DNA of 42,626 nucleotides from Octopus bimaculoides (taxonomy: Eukaryota). The stretch covers positions 119,755,234-119,797,859 of the forward strand of contig NC_068985.1 of assembly GCF_001194135.2 (NCBI RefSeq), given 5' to 3'. A program made the translations under genes and the position numbers. Shown here one piece after another: positions 23,759-37,100 of the stretch (position 1 is the first letter of the stretch; every line of letters begins with the position of its first letter). Below the pieces are notes generated by a model, which ran no database searches, had not been told where the DNA came from, and saw only the letters and a program-made list of their open reading frames with translations.

Positions 23759-26062
23759 AGTGAATCAGTCCTTGGCCGAAAAGGATAGTACACGTCTACT
23801 ACACTTTCAGTCGTGTCCACCACACAACCTTTATTGCCATAGCCACCAAGCAGAGAAAAATTGCCCTCCTTCCCGGCCTAAAGAAGGATGCGTACATACA
23901 ATGTACTCGGATGATAGCCGAATCCGTCCCACACGTGACAATAACTGTTCGACAAAGCTCCACAAGTCAGCAATGCGCGGACACTGTACGATAGCATGCA
24001 GAGCGGTTTCATCGCCCCGCGTGCATCTCGGTCAAGCCGGATTGACTGCACACCTGTACCTGTAGAGCTTATCTCGAACCAGCAGTGCCCTTCGTAGCAT
24101 TGCCAAGCCAGGGATTTCTGGAAGTTATCCATATTTCACGGCCCGAAAGTATTTCGGAACAGACCAGCTAGTTGATTCCTCTCGACGCCCAGGACGTCTC
24201 CGAGTACGTCGTCGATCTTGCGCTCCACTAATTCTCCATAGAACTCCAAGGTGGAATTTCCACCGACCGCATTGCTCGAATGGTCGAGGGCTGTGAGCGC
24301 TTGGAGACACTCTAGATACCAAGCGCCCTGCCTCGGTCAACGCTTGATCCAAGACTGTAGCTCCGTCAAGGAGACGAGGTGCGGAAAAGCGCGTTCGACA
24401 AACGGCGACTACACCTACTCACCGTTAAGGTATCGCTGGAGATGTCGCAGCCTCAGAGCATGTCTGGCCAACTTCAGCCACGGCATATCCATTCTTCCAC
24501 ACATCCACACAACGAGAGCTGACAGCAGATGGACCGTCTGACGAGCGGTACCTATCTTCTACACAAGAAAAGGAAGAGCAAACGTTCAGCCACAAAGTGG
24601 GGAAAGGGACGACAGTTAGGCGATAATAGATGACGGATGCGATGTACGCATTCCCCACTTCCGCCAGACCCTTCAGGGACAACTTCCTCTCTGCCTATTT
24701 CGGGGTGAGATTGGCTACCCTGATCGTCACCCTGCCCCGATTATTGTCCACTTGGGAGTCTGGACGAAACCAGACCCCGACCGATGTAACTGGGCCTTCC
24801 ATCCGGCGCCCTACAATGCTGTTGGTTGGCCGACCGACTTTTCCTGGTTGATCTTTGCTCCTATCACCGCTTCGTACTCCATTAGAGCAGTACCGATCAC
24901 CTCGATCTCCGCGGTGTCCGACACTATTAAGGTGACATCATCTGCTTAAGCCGACACGAACCTTACGCATTCCAGATCACGCGGAATATCCCTCGAAACA
25001 ACCAGCTTCCGCAACAATGGCTCGAGAGCCAGTACGTAGAGAAGAGGTGAGAGAGGGCATCCTTGACGGACTGAACGAGCGATACTAAACGAGTCCGAGA
25101 TGTGGCCATTTACTTTGACCACCGAACAGATGTTGCTGTGCATTGCAGCGATCCAGCCTCTGAAAACGGGACCGAAACCAGCCGCCTTGTGGACAGCCTC
25201 CAATTACAGATAGTTGACCCTATCAAAAGCTTCTGATTGATCATAGGGATGACGACCCCACGCATAGCAGATTTTCCATTAACAACATATCACAAAGTTC
25301 TTTCTTTTCTTTTCTTTTAAGTTAACATCACAGTTAACAGTTCTTTTAACACATGTAACGACGAAGTACATTTTAAAGAATATTTGAACAAACCTTCACC
25401 GTAATANNNNNNNNNNTTTTAACACATGTAACGACGAAGTACATTTTAAAGAATATTTGAACAAACCTTCACCGTAATAAGTTCCTTTCTTTCAAAACTC
25501 CTACTATAATCCAAGAAGTAGTGACCAACTGACATCTACGATCTTTTGGCTGCCACACAGTCCCATCTCTCTGTCCCTCTCTCTCATTGCTTCAGTCCCT
25601 ATCGGCTGACTGGTTCCTTTCTGACCATAGGCTCTCTCTTTCTCAGCCTCTGTCTGTCAGTCTCTCTGTTCATCTTGGTTGGCTGCTAGCCTTCACATCA
25701 ACTGCTGGACATTTTCACTTCATCCAACTCCCTGGCCAACTGCTTGATGTCAACTGCTGTCGCCAACTCCTTGTCCCCAACTGCTTGATGCCCACTCCTC
25801 TGGCCAACCGTTCGCGCCAATTCTTTGTTTATCACAAATACCGTAGCTTTACAGTGGTAGCTTACCCCCTCCCAAAGCTGGGTCAGTCCAGTACAATTCC
25901 TCACTTTTTTTCTGAACTTTTGGTGACNNNNNNNNNNAAAAATAGCTGTACTTGTTCACAAGACAAAGGAAATACCATTATCCTCAACAACCAGCATACG
26001 GTTTCAAAACCCAGCTCGGGAGATAGGGATATAACATTAATTTGTATTTTCGGTGGTCGCAT

Positions 26063-26100
<38 letters not shown>

Positions 26101-26198
26101 GCGCGCGCAACTACAAACACTCACGCACTCACAAAAACATTCGCTTTGTCTTTCCCACTATCTCCATCTCTCTATTTCTCTTCCTTTCTCTTCCCCTC

Positions 26199-26229
<31 letters not shown>

Positions 26230-26886
26230 ACACACACTCATTCTCTCCATTCTCTCTTCATTTATCATAGTCTATTAAACTTATTTTCTACTTCCATCGT
26301 TTTTTTTTGCAATCCAATTCAATCATTATTTTTAGAGTTGTAACGATTTCAAGTAATTTTCTTTCGATAATTCCAGTATAAGTTTCATGTTAGTTTTGTT
26401 TTTTTGATTTAGTTCTTTTTTTTTTTTCATGCAATTAATTTTATTCCATTCAATTCAATTAATTATCATTGCATTCAATTACAGGCAAATCTTTTCAGAT
26501 ATTGAATTCAAGGTATAATATCCGCTTCGCTTAATGCTAAAGGTGTGAAATTCTAAATAATTTACTTACAATTGACAAACTTTCATCAGAATATCAAAAT
26601 GTCTATGCAGTTATATATACAATAAAGGAAAACTGGTTCAGCCATGGCTACGTAGTAAGCTGTTTGCTTCCCTAATACATGGTTCCGGGATAAGTCCCAC
26701 TGCATGTCACCTTGAGCAAGTGTCTTCTACCATAGTTCCGGGTCGATTGAAGCCTTATGTGGGAATTTGGTAATATATACTATTCTATTAAAACCGAAAA
26801 AAAAATTTCGCACACTGTCAGTTAGAGTTTCACATTACTGTTCATCAGACAGTAATGATAATAGAGACTAATAGAGAAACTTATAT

Positions 26887-27010
26887 GGCACTGTCATGGT
26901 ATTAGCTGTCAGAAGTGAAAGTAGAAAAATCTGACAAGGAACGTTACTGCTGGTTTGAGTTGATTCTTTGGCTACTGACAGCTAATACCATGACTGGCCG
27001 GAGCGAGCTA

Positions 27011-27045
<35 letters not shown>

Positions 27046-27524
27046 ATCTATCTATCTATCACTCGAAAGTTATTGGAACAAATTCGACACCTCTATCCAT
27101 GCGTTTGAAAACACACAGAGTGGTCCCGAACGCGCAGTCGCGCGTCCGCGCTAGCTAGTCGTGAGTGGTCGATCCTATTATTTTTAAACTTCAAACTTCA
27201 TTTGTTTTCTATTTTGATAAATTCTCTCTGTTGAAAATTATATTTTTATATTTTAAATAATTTGCAATTTCAGAAAATATATTTTTATATTAAATTTGCG
27301 TTTTCTAATTTGATAAATTCTACAGACACAAACAGAGGTGAACGAGTGATAGATAGATAGATAGATATATAGAGAGAGATAGTGAGATAGACAGACAGAT
27401 AGACAGACAGACAGACAGCTAGATAACTCCGGCCAGTCAGTAGCCAAAGAATCAACTCAAACCAGCAGTAACGTTTCTTGTCAGTTCTACTTTCAACTCT
27501 GACAGCTAATACCATGACAGTGCC
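26887..27524. mobile_element. Non-autonomous foldback DNA transposon with GG termini, 8-bp TSD and mirrored microsatellite arms
   Basis: Arms of ~180 bp start GGCACTGTCATGGTATTAGCTGTCAGA, with (TCTG/TCTA)n mirrored as (TAGA/CAGA)n. TSD ACTTATAT at 26879-26886 and 27525-27532. Confidence 0.93.
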
Positions 27525-28064
27525 ACTTATATATATTGTGATAATATATAGGCGTTTATGGGTTCAATTTCAATGAATAAATTTTTAAAGAGATTGAGTA
27601 ATTATTTAACAAAAATAAAGGGGTGCAATGGAAAAGAACTGGAAATTGATTTTAACGGCGAAATAAATATAAACAATAGTTCAATAATAAAAATACTTTG
27701 TGTAAATGATATACAGTAGATGATCGTTGGAAGGTAGACAGAATACAATAGACTATATGAGGATTAAGAATTTGCAAGTAATTAAAAAGAATATAATAAA
27801 AATAGGCTGAAAAGTAAAAGCTAGAGTTATAAGTGAAATATGAAAACGAATAAAAATATAATAATAATAACAATAATCCTTTCTACTATAGGCACCAGAT
27901 GTAAAATTTTGGAGGAAGGGCAAGTCGATTACTCAACTGGTACTATTTCACCGAACCCGAAAGGATGAAAAGCAAAGTCGACCTCTGCGGAATTTGAACT
28001 CAGAACGTAAGGACAGATGAAATGTCACTAAGCATTTTGCCCGAGAAAAAGAAATAAATAAAAT

Positions 28065-29308
28065 AATAATAATAATAATTAATTCGTTTTATTGGCCACA
28101 AGGGCTAATATAAATTAAAAACATATAAGGACAAAGACAGGACGAAGGTTACAAAAGGTTTTGTCCGAAAAGGTAGGAAAGTTCGTCTAAACAGGGGAAG
28201 AAAACGGAGAAAGTTATAATAAATAAATAGATAAATAAATAAGTAGAACTCCCAAAGGGGGAGGCGCTTCGAAAAAGGAAAGGTTACACGTGGAAAAACC
28301 CATAAAACCACGGGAGCCTGGTCAGAAAAAATAAGAAAGTGGTATAGAGCCCTTTCTCCTTTTACANNNNNNNNNNNNNNNNNNNNNNNNNNNNNNNNNN
28401 NNNNNNNNNNNNNNNNNNNNNNNNNNNNNNNNNNNNNNNNNNNNNNNNNNNNNNNNNNNNNNNNNNNNNNNNNNNNNNNNNNNNNNNNNNNNNNNNNNNN
28501 NNNNNNNNNNNNNNNNNNNNNNNNNNNNNNNNNNNNNNNNNNNNNNNNNNNNNNNNNNNNNNNNNNNNNNNNNNNNNNNNNNNNNNNNNNNNNNNNNNNN
28601 NNNNNNNNNNNNNNNNNNNNNNNNNNNNNNNNNNNNNNNNNNNNNNNNNNNNNNNNNNNNNNNNNNNNNNNNNNNNNNNNNNNNNNNNNNNNNNNNNNNN
28701 NNNNNNNNNNNNNNNNNNNNNNNNNNNNNNNNNNNNNNNNNNNNNNNNNNNNNNNNNNNNNNNNNNNNNNNNNNNNNNNNNNNNNNNNNNNNNNNNNNNN
28801 NNNNNNNNNNNNNNNNNNNNNNNNNNNNNNNNNNNNNNNNNNNNNNNNNNNNNNNNNNNNNNNNNNNNNNNNNNNNNNNNNNNNNNNNNNNNNNNNNNNN
28901 NNNNNNNNNNNNNNNNNNNNNNNNNNNNNNNNNNNNNNNNNNNNNNNNNNNNNAAGCGCCCTTTCTCGGTCTACGTTTGATCATTGCAGCTCTGTTAAAG
29001 AAACGAGCTGCGGAAAATCGCGTCTGACGAAAGGCGACCACACCTGTTCACCGTTCACGAAACGCTTGAGATGTCGTAGCCTGAGCGCATGTTTGCGCAT
29101 CAGCAACCACGGCATGCCAAGGCCTCCGTTCAGCGGCTGTTGACAACAGATAGAGCGCCTGACCAGTGGTACCTGACCGTTCCACAAAAAAGTTGAAGAG
29201 CAAGCGTACTATCTTGGTTAACCAGCGGTCGGGACAAGGGACGACGGTCAAACGGTAATAGATGACGGATGCGATGTACGCATTCGCCACCTCCGCTCGA
29301 CCTTTCAA
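28065..29308 (-). mobile_element. 5'-truncated Tx1-clade LINE, copy D (gap inside)
   Basis: KGRAEVANAYIASVIYYRLTVVPCP, WNGQVPLVRRSICCQQPLNGGLGMPWL. 3' UTR ends GCCCTTGTGGCCAATAAAACGAATT(ATT)n. Continuity across the gap is inferred. Confidence 0.85.
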
Positions 29309-30039
29309 GGAATAATAATAATGAATAAGAAGTGCTTGTCTTTGTCTTTGTTACCCACCACTGCGTGACAACCGATTTGGGTTTGTTTACATCGCCGTAA
29401 ATATGCACTGGACATTTAAAAATTGGTACTGGAGTTGATTCGTTTCCTTTGCAATAATAAAATCTTCAAAGCTGTGCTCCAGCCTGACCGCAGTCGAGTG
29501 ACTGAAACAAGTAACAGTAAAAACATCTCTACATGTATATAGCAGTTCTCCATTCTCAGTAGATATATTTAGATTTAGTAATGAAGTTGACTTCCTAGTT
29601 ATTTTCGATTTCTTAATTCTGCTGCTACTTATTCAGCGAATTCTTTTCTTCACTGAAACCTATATTTGAGACTAGCGCTATTATTATAAATGGCGTTAAA
29701 GTTATCAATCACGGCAGAAACTAGAATGAATATGTCTCATTTAATTAGATATGTTATACGGTGTTGCCCGTAAGCGTAGAGAACTCATTGCAATGATTTT
29801 GTGTTCTGATTGCATTTCTGACGCTAAAATAACACTTCGTAGTCAGATAGTCTAAAGCATATTGTAGTAAATTTCTGCTCATACTACTATAATATACCGA
29901 TTGGCTTTGATCGATCTGTGCAATTGAGTCATGTTTTACATTTACGTACAAAAGTTACCTTTAGTTTTGCATTTGAATTAGTTTATTATATTATGTCTAG
30001 GGGCCAAAAAATATACTACTGTACTCTCCTCCATCTATC

Positions 30040-30042
30040 TAA

Positions 30043-30112
<70 letters not shown>

Positions 30113-30145
30113 GTTTGTCTATCTGTCAATCTATCTATCACCTTC

Positions 30146-30193
<48 letters not shown>

Positions 30194-30199
30194 TTTTTT

Positions 30200-30258
<59 letters not shown>
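30040..30258. repeat. (TCTA)n/(TC)n/(TTTC)n microsatellite block
   Basis: Direct reading. Confidence 0.95.
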
Positions 30259-30533
30259 NNNNNNNNNNNNNNNNNNNNNNNNNNNNNNNNNNNNNNNNNN
30301 NNNNNNNNNNNNNNNNNNNNNNNNNNNNNNNNNNNNNNNNNNNNNNNNNNNNNNNNNNNNNNNNNNNNNNNNNNNNNNNNNNNNNNNNNNNNNNNNNNNN
30401 NNNNNNNNNNNNNNNNNNNNNNNNNNNNNNNNNNNNNNNNNNNNNNNNNNNNNNNNNNNNNNNNNNNNNNNNNNNNNNNNNNNNNNNNNNNNNNNNNNNN
30501 NNNNNNNNNNNNNNNNNNNNNNNNNNNNNNNNN

Positions 30534-30591
<58 letters not shown>

Positions 30592-30936
30592 CGTGGTGGA
30601 GTGCATACACTAAATACATATGTATAATCAGTGTTTCTTTTGCAAATTTTAATTGTTTTTTGCGTTATTCGTGGCAGATGTCTTCCAGAACAGTCATTGC
30701 TCTATTGCATGTCTGACTGCATAACCAATATCACTAGGGCCTTCCTACAAAAATCTAGCTTACTTTGATTTTCTTGCTTTTTACATGCAAAGGACAATCA
30801 CATACACATACACACGCACACATACACACACGACCATTCACACACACACATACGCACAGGGAACATACATATATATAGGTATGCGTATATATGTGCATAC
30901 ATTAATGCATATTACATACATGCATGCGTATACATA

Positions 30937-31951
30937 GTAGCAGAAATACCCGGCGTTGCCCAGATTGAAGAAAATAATGAAATTTTAAAACGCCGTCTAG
31001 ATTATGCAGGTCTCAACTGCTAGTAGCTGAGATATCAACTTTCTATATTAATAACTCTACAACTCATGCCAGCATGAAACATAGCCGTCAAGTGAAATGT
31101 GAAAAAAAAGTTTTCAACTCATAGATATATATAACATAAATGCACGTAATCCAAAAACACCTTTTGTCTAATTTATTTTGTAAGCAAAGGACATGTGCAG
31201 ATTATAAACAATGAAAGGCCATGCGTAGAGTACACATACACACACAAACATAGCGAATTATGTTTCTTAATACGACGGGCAGAAATCAAATACGAAATTT
31301 TAACGGAAAATAACGTATTGTACAGGTTGATGCGAAATTTGTTACTCAGTGAACCAAAGAGTCAGTATCGAAGCAATCAGAAAAAAATCGTCAGCAACAG
31401 AAAAATACAAAACCGTACTTCTCTCAGTAATTTATGAAATTACTTGCATCAGTAATTTTGAACTTATTTCTGTCATAAATAGCGATTGAAAACGTAAACT
31501 TATAGTCAAAGCAATAACGATTGCAGTTAAAGTGAAAAACCAAATGCGTGTGAAAAATGAAAGTGAAAGGAATTGCATCTGAAAAATGAAAGTGAAAACA
31601 ATAGTGAAATAAAGATAGATAGATAGATAGATAAATAGATAGTGAGTGAGATAGAGCTAGCTAGCTAGATAGATAGATAAATATATTTAAAAAAAGGATA
31701 AAACTCTTTTACAAGAATTTTATCAAGAAGCCAGTGTGTAAAAAAATTCATTAGGGAAATTTCTATTCCCAAGAATATAATTATTCGTTTATATTTATAT
31801 AAAGGGCATTATTATAGAAAAATAATAACGCCACACAGTGGACTTCTCAAAAAATAACCACATAGGTACTAAATGTGGTTATTTTTTGAGAAGTCCACTG
31901 GGTGGCGTTATTATTTTTCTATAATAATGCCCTTTATATAAATATAAACGA

Positions 31952-32004
<53 letters not shown>

Positions 32005-33437
32005 CTGATAAATACAAATAGATATAGAGACATGGAGATAAATATAGATTGAGATATAGATAGACATAGAGAGATATGTTACAGAGAGATAGAGTTAGAT
32101 AGGGAGAGAGGGATAGAGAGATATAGAAAGAGAGATATGTTACGTTACTGACGCTACAAACCATGAAATTAAAGAGAATAAATTATTGCAATTAGTCATT
32201 ATTTATTTTACCCCATTTTAGACCTGATGCTTTGAAAATTAAAAATTATCAAATTAGAAATTAGCGTGTAAAAAAAAAATTACTTGGAATCCAACCGAGA
32301 AAAGCATGTTGATTGTTAAACACAAAAAAATATTGACATATTTTATTAGAAATTTCAATTACAATTGGATCAAAGATGAAGAATTTTTTTGAAAAGGAAA
32401 AGGTACCTGTCACCTGACTATGTTCCAAACTCTTTCAACTTTAACAACAATAATAACTATGCTGATCATTTTGTAACTCGTAAAGATGATGCAGCAGTAC
32501 AAAGTTATGATGCAGTACTTGCATTGTAATGATTTCAATGATATTCCAAGGTATATTTGTAGAGAAATTCATTAAAAAATATCCATTTTCTTGAAAGTTA
32601 AGCCGAATTGAAAGTGGACTTCGGTGAATTTTCAGAATCCGCCCCCACTAAAACACTTTTCACCCCCACCCCACCCTCACATATAATTATTTTAAATACT
32701 TGGAATCGACATGATATAGCACATATTCCTAGTGTAAACGAAAATATACGAGTGCAGAAGATAGTAAACAATGAAAATAACATGGTAACGGAAATTATGT
32801 TTCTTAAGACGACATTGTATGGGTCGAAGCGAAATTTGTCACTCAGTGAATCAAAGAGCCAGTATCGAAGGAACCAGAAAGAAACCGTCAACAACAGAAA
32901 AACAAAAAACAGTACGGATTGAATTGAAATTTATGAAGATATTTCTGTCAGTAAATTATGAAATTGTGAACTTCTTTCTGTCAGTAATTTGTAGTTGTTT
33001 GTTTGTAAATAGCGATTCAAAACTTAGGCTTACAGTGAAAACAATAACATGGAAGTTAAACAATGGCGTATGAAAATTGAAAGTGAAAAGAACAGCGTCT
33101 GAAAAATGAGAGTGAAAACAAGAGATATAGACAGAGAGATATGTTACAGAGAGATATAAATAGAGAGAGGTGGATAGAGAGATATATATAAAGAGATATG
33201 TTACGTCACTGGCGCTAGAAATCCGGAAGTAAATATTTTAAAATCTTTCAAAGACGTGAATGTAATATAAAAAGCAATATTTTTTTATTTCTAATAATTT
33301 TTAATAAAACGATCAAATGAACAGCCTATAATTTGTCCAAGGTCAAATTATTCATGCATCACAAGTATGAAAGCAATTGGTGAAGCCGTTTTCGCATGAA
33401 AAGAGAATACGCACACATCTCTATTTTATATATTAGG
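30937..33437 (-). mobile_element. Probable non-autonomous Helitron-like element with internal duplication
   Basis: Minus-strand 3' end ...GGGCAACGCCGGGTATTTCTGCTAC resembles the Helitron GC hairpin plus CTAG (one mismatch). 5' end CCTAATATATAAAATAGAGATGTGTGCG resembles the TC-start, AT-rich Helitron 5' end (one mismatch). Joining both ends into one element is inference. Confidence 0.6.
31782..31954. repeat. Near-perfect inverted repeat (82-bp arms, 9-nt loop, 1 mismatch)
   Basis: 31782-31863 is the reverse complement of 31873-31954 except for one base. Confidence 0.97.
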
Positions 33438-34087
33438 TAAAATATAATTAAGATTCCGTTGAATCAGGTAATTAAATTGAGGCACTTTCTAGGTCAGTAT
33501 AATCCACACACCCAAACAATATTAAATGAATATTGAATATCAAGACTCCGTACAGGAGTGTTTGCACTTCATATTTCTGGCGTGTGTGCAAACAGAATAA
33601 GCCAGCTATGTGAAGATATTCGCTCTTGCTAATTCATACCTTTACTTATTGCAAAAGTACTTTCTATGACATTTCCGAAGTGCAGATTCCACTTTAGGTG
33701 AATACAATATAGATGGGCAACAAAAAGTATGGCCGTAATGAATTGACACCTGCACATCTTCGTTACTCATATATANNNNNNNNNNTATATATATATATGT
33801 ATGTATGTATGTATACACATATATATATATATACAAATATATACATATATATACATATATATAAATATATATTGATAGATAGATACATACATACATACAT
33901 ACTTACAGACACACATACACACATACATACATATCTACACATCTATACATATATGCACGTAGTAAAAATAATAATGATAATAATCTTTGTATGGAATTTA
34001 TAAATATTGGCACAGCTCGGTGCAACTCCAAAAAACTGGTATTGCCAGTTGGCATGATTAGGCTTAAAGGATATCAGCTTATGTATA

Positions 34088-34134
<47 letters not shown>

Positions 34135-37100
34135 TCCACTTAAGCACTCGAGAAATTGATGAGCTGAGCGGAATGTAAATGAATAGTGTGAGGTATGGAA
34201 TCAGTGCACATAGTATTTTGTGAGGAGTATATACAAACATATGTGTGTTCGTATGTATGGACATATTATATTTGTTTTGCCAGGACCTAAACGCTTGTGG
34301 CTTATTGAAGTAAGTAATGAAGTAAGTGTTGGTGTGAATTATTGCGCAGTTATAAGGTTTTGATCGAATTACACGTGTTAAACGGATTGATGTGGATGTT
34401 GTTTAGGTGCAGATCATCCCTGAATAAGCCTATATATGCTTGCGAGCGCGCCTGTGTGTGAGTGTGCATGTGTGTATGTGTGTGTGTGTGTGTGTGTTAG
34501 TGTATGCATGTATTTATATGTTTGTACGCATATAAATATACATATACACAACATACAGACACATACACGTATATATATAGGCATATATAAATTATCTGTG
34601 TGTGTGTGTGTGTGTATACTCGCACATACACACATATATATTTATATAAGGTTGCATTATTCAATGTGTCGTTTTTTAAGATAATAGATTTATACTAGAG
34701 AAAAATATGTCTGCTATTTCTAGCAGGTCTAATCGCAACAATGGCTCATATCTGAATCATATAAAAGGTTTTATGTAAAAGTTATTCACTATTGCCTGTT
34801 ACCTAACAAACATAGTAATTATTTTAATGTAGGAATTCCTTTCTTGTGATACATTAATGTAAAATCCACTGAAGATATTCTTCAATCTTCGAGCTACAAT
34901 CATTCGAACGAGAAATAAATTCATGATTAATGGATGTTGTTTTATCCGTATAGCTATTCACTAGATTGTAGATAGTTTCATACCTTTATTCATGATTGAA
35001 GGTTTTTATTCGTTCACATATGTGGTATCTCTCTCAGTATTTTTTTCCTTCTAGGATTAACTGCTTTTTTTTTCTTCTTTAGCGCGCTTCATTTATTTTA
35101 CATAATGCAAACCATTTCCTTGAAGATGATTTCAATATACTATATTTTATTGATAAACGCTCCCTTATTATACAATCCTCTGTATCTAAGGAAGCCAATA
35201 TTTTATGCTGTGACTTCTGGATTTCTTTCGATTAATGAAGAAATTTCCCTGTAAGACTTATGAAGAGAATACTACTGTATGTGTTGAAGGACAAAGAAAA
35301 TTGCTTCTACATTGCATATTGATATCATGTTCTACAAACGCTTTCAAATTTTAGCAAAAGGTCAGAAGTCTTCAGTTGAAAGTAGCAAGTCGATTATATC
35401 AATTACTTGACTGGTAATTTATTTCATCAACAGCAAAAGGATAAGAGATAAAGTTAACCTCTGCGTAATTTGAACTCAGAACATAATGTGTTAGAAGAAA
35501 TGTCATTGTGAATGCTGATATTAACTTGTAACTCTTTGGTATAGAACACAATATATGTTAGGCGATGTTCAACACTATTCGTCTTGAATTACGTATTTGA
35601 TACTTACCATATCCTACAAAGTAATGCTGAAATTATATATATATATATATATATATNNNNNNNNNNAATCGTTAGCACGCCGCGCAAAATACTTAGCGCA
35701 TTTCGTCCGTCTTCACGTTTTGTGTTCAGATTCCGCCGAGATCGACTTTGCCTTTCATCCTTTCGAGGTCAATAAAATAAGTACCAGTTGAATACTGGGA
35801 TCAATGTAACCGACTTACCCATCTTCTAAACAAAAATGCTGGCTCTGTGCCAAAATTTAAAACCGATATAATTTATGTATTTGATACTTATACACTACAA
35901 ACTAATGTTGATATTCACCGCATAATTATGGTTGAGTATCTCATTTTATTCTTTTACTTGCTTTACTTAGACTTCCTCAGATATACTTCGACGTACTGGA
36001 CGAAGTAATTAAGAGAATGTCGCAAATATTGTACATAACACTTTTTATTATGGGTACAAGGCCTGAAATTTGGTGGGAGAGAGTTAACTGGTACAGTGCT
36101 CAATTTGTATTTATTTTATCGACTCCGAAAGGATGAAAGACAAAGCTGATCTCGGTGGCATTTGAACTCAGAACTTAAATCTGAAAGAGATTCCGGGGTT
36201 CATTCTGCTCGGCATGCTAATGATTCTGCCAGCTCACTGCCACAAGGGCAGCTTAGGGGAGGTGGGGATGAGTCGATTACATCGACCTCGATGTTCAACT
36301 GGAACGTATTTTATCGACCCCGAAAGTATGAAAGAGAAAGTCGACCTCTGCGGAATTTGAACTCAGAACGTAGCGACGGGCGAAATACCGCTAAGCATGC
36401 TAACAATTCTGCCAGCTCGCCGCCTTAACATTGTATTAAACAATATACGCAAAAGTAGCCGTGAGAATTGCTATTAGTGACTGAAGCAAAGCAGTCAAAG
36501 TCACCACCAGAACTGGAAAATAATAGCTAAATTAATTTTAACATATTGATCACAGAAAAGAAAATTAATATTAATTATACTGTGAGAGAAAAAAATGGCA
36601 TTCTTTCATTAACTAATATTTATATGATTTATATTGAAGCTTATTTTGTTATTAATTTCAAAGCAAATTGACCGAAACCAGAACTAAAATTTCTCGGATC
36701 ATTCCATTTCTTTCCGGTATCAATTATTACGTTTCAATGGCTTCATATGCATAGAGTAATATTCTGTTAACGCTGCCTCTGTTTGTGATTCCGCTGATGA
36801 CGGCATCACGCCAATATTTTACTGTTACAAACGCTAAAAATGTGGGGCAGTGTACGGATAGCTTATTAAATACATGCAACAGAATTTATTTATTCAGATT
36901 TTTAACTTATGAGATTTATTTTGCAATGAGAATTAACGAAGTGAAAGTGAAAAAAAAACTATAATGCAAATGTACAATATTGCGCATGAGCATTTGGCTA
37001 GTTTATGCCTTACTGAGATAGTATAATCTGACCGAATCGTGTTCACTTTTTACCTTACCATTTGTATATCTCGGTAATTACCTTCAATGATATATTATTT

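Larger units (their letters stand above)
22852..25245 (-). mobile_element. 5'-truncated Tx1-clade LINE, copy B (RT to 3' end) with two nested insertions
   Basis: DQSEAFDRV, SVRQGCPLSPLLYVLALEPLLRKL, *ADDVT, YIASVIYYRLTVVP, then GLIHFFRFHLKRKVTLERKV..SPGKFVER..VNGLTLGVRL*. 3' UTR ends GGGCAATAAAGGAAGTATT. Confidence 0.92.

Noticed and set aside
25344-25480. Apparent ~63-bp direct repeat
   Set aside because: Flanks a 10-N gap; same artefact.
35838-35868. Shared 3' end between SINE family 2 (CCTTGTGCCAA in better-preserved copies) and Tx1 (CCTTGTGGCCAA), suggesting a SINE-LINE partnership
   Set aside because: Only ~11 bp of similarity; not enough without consensus alignment.
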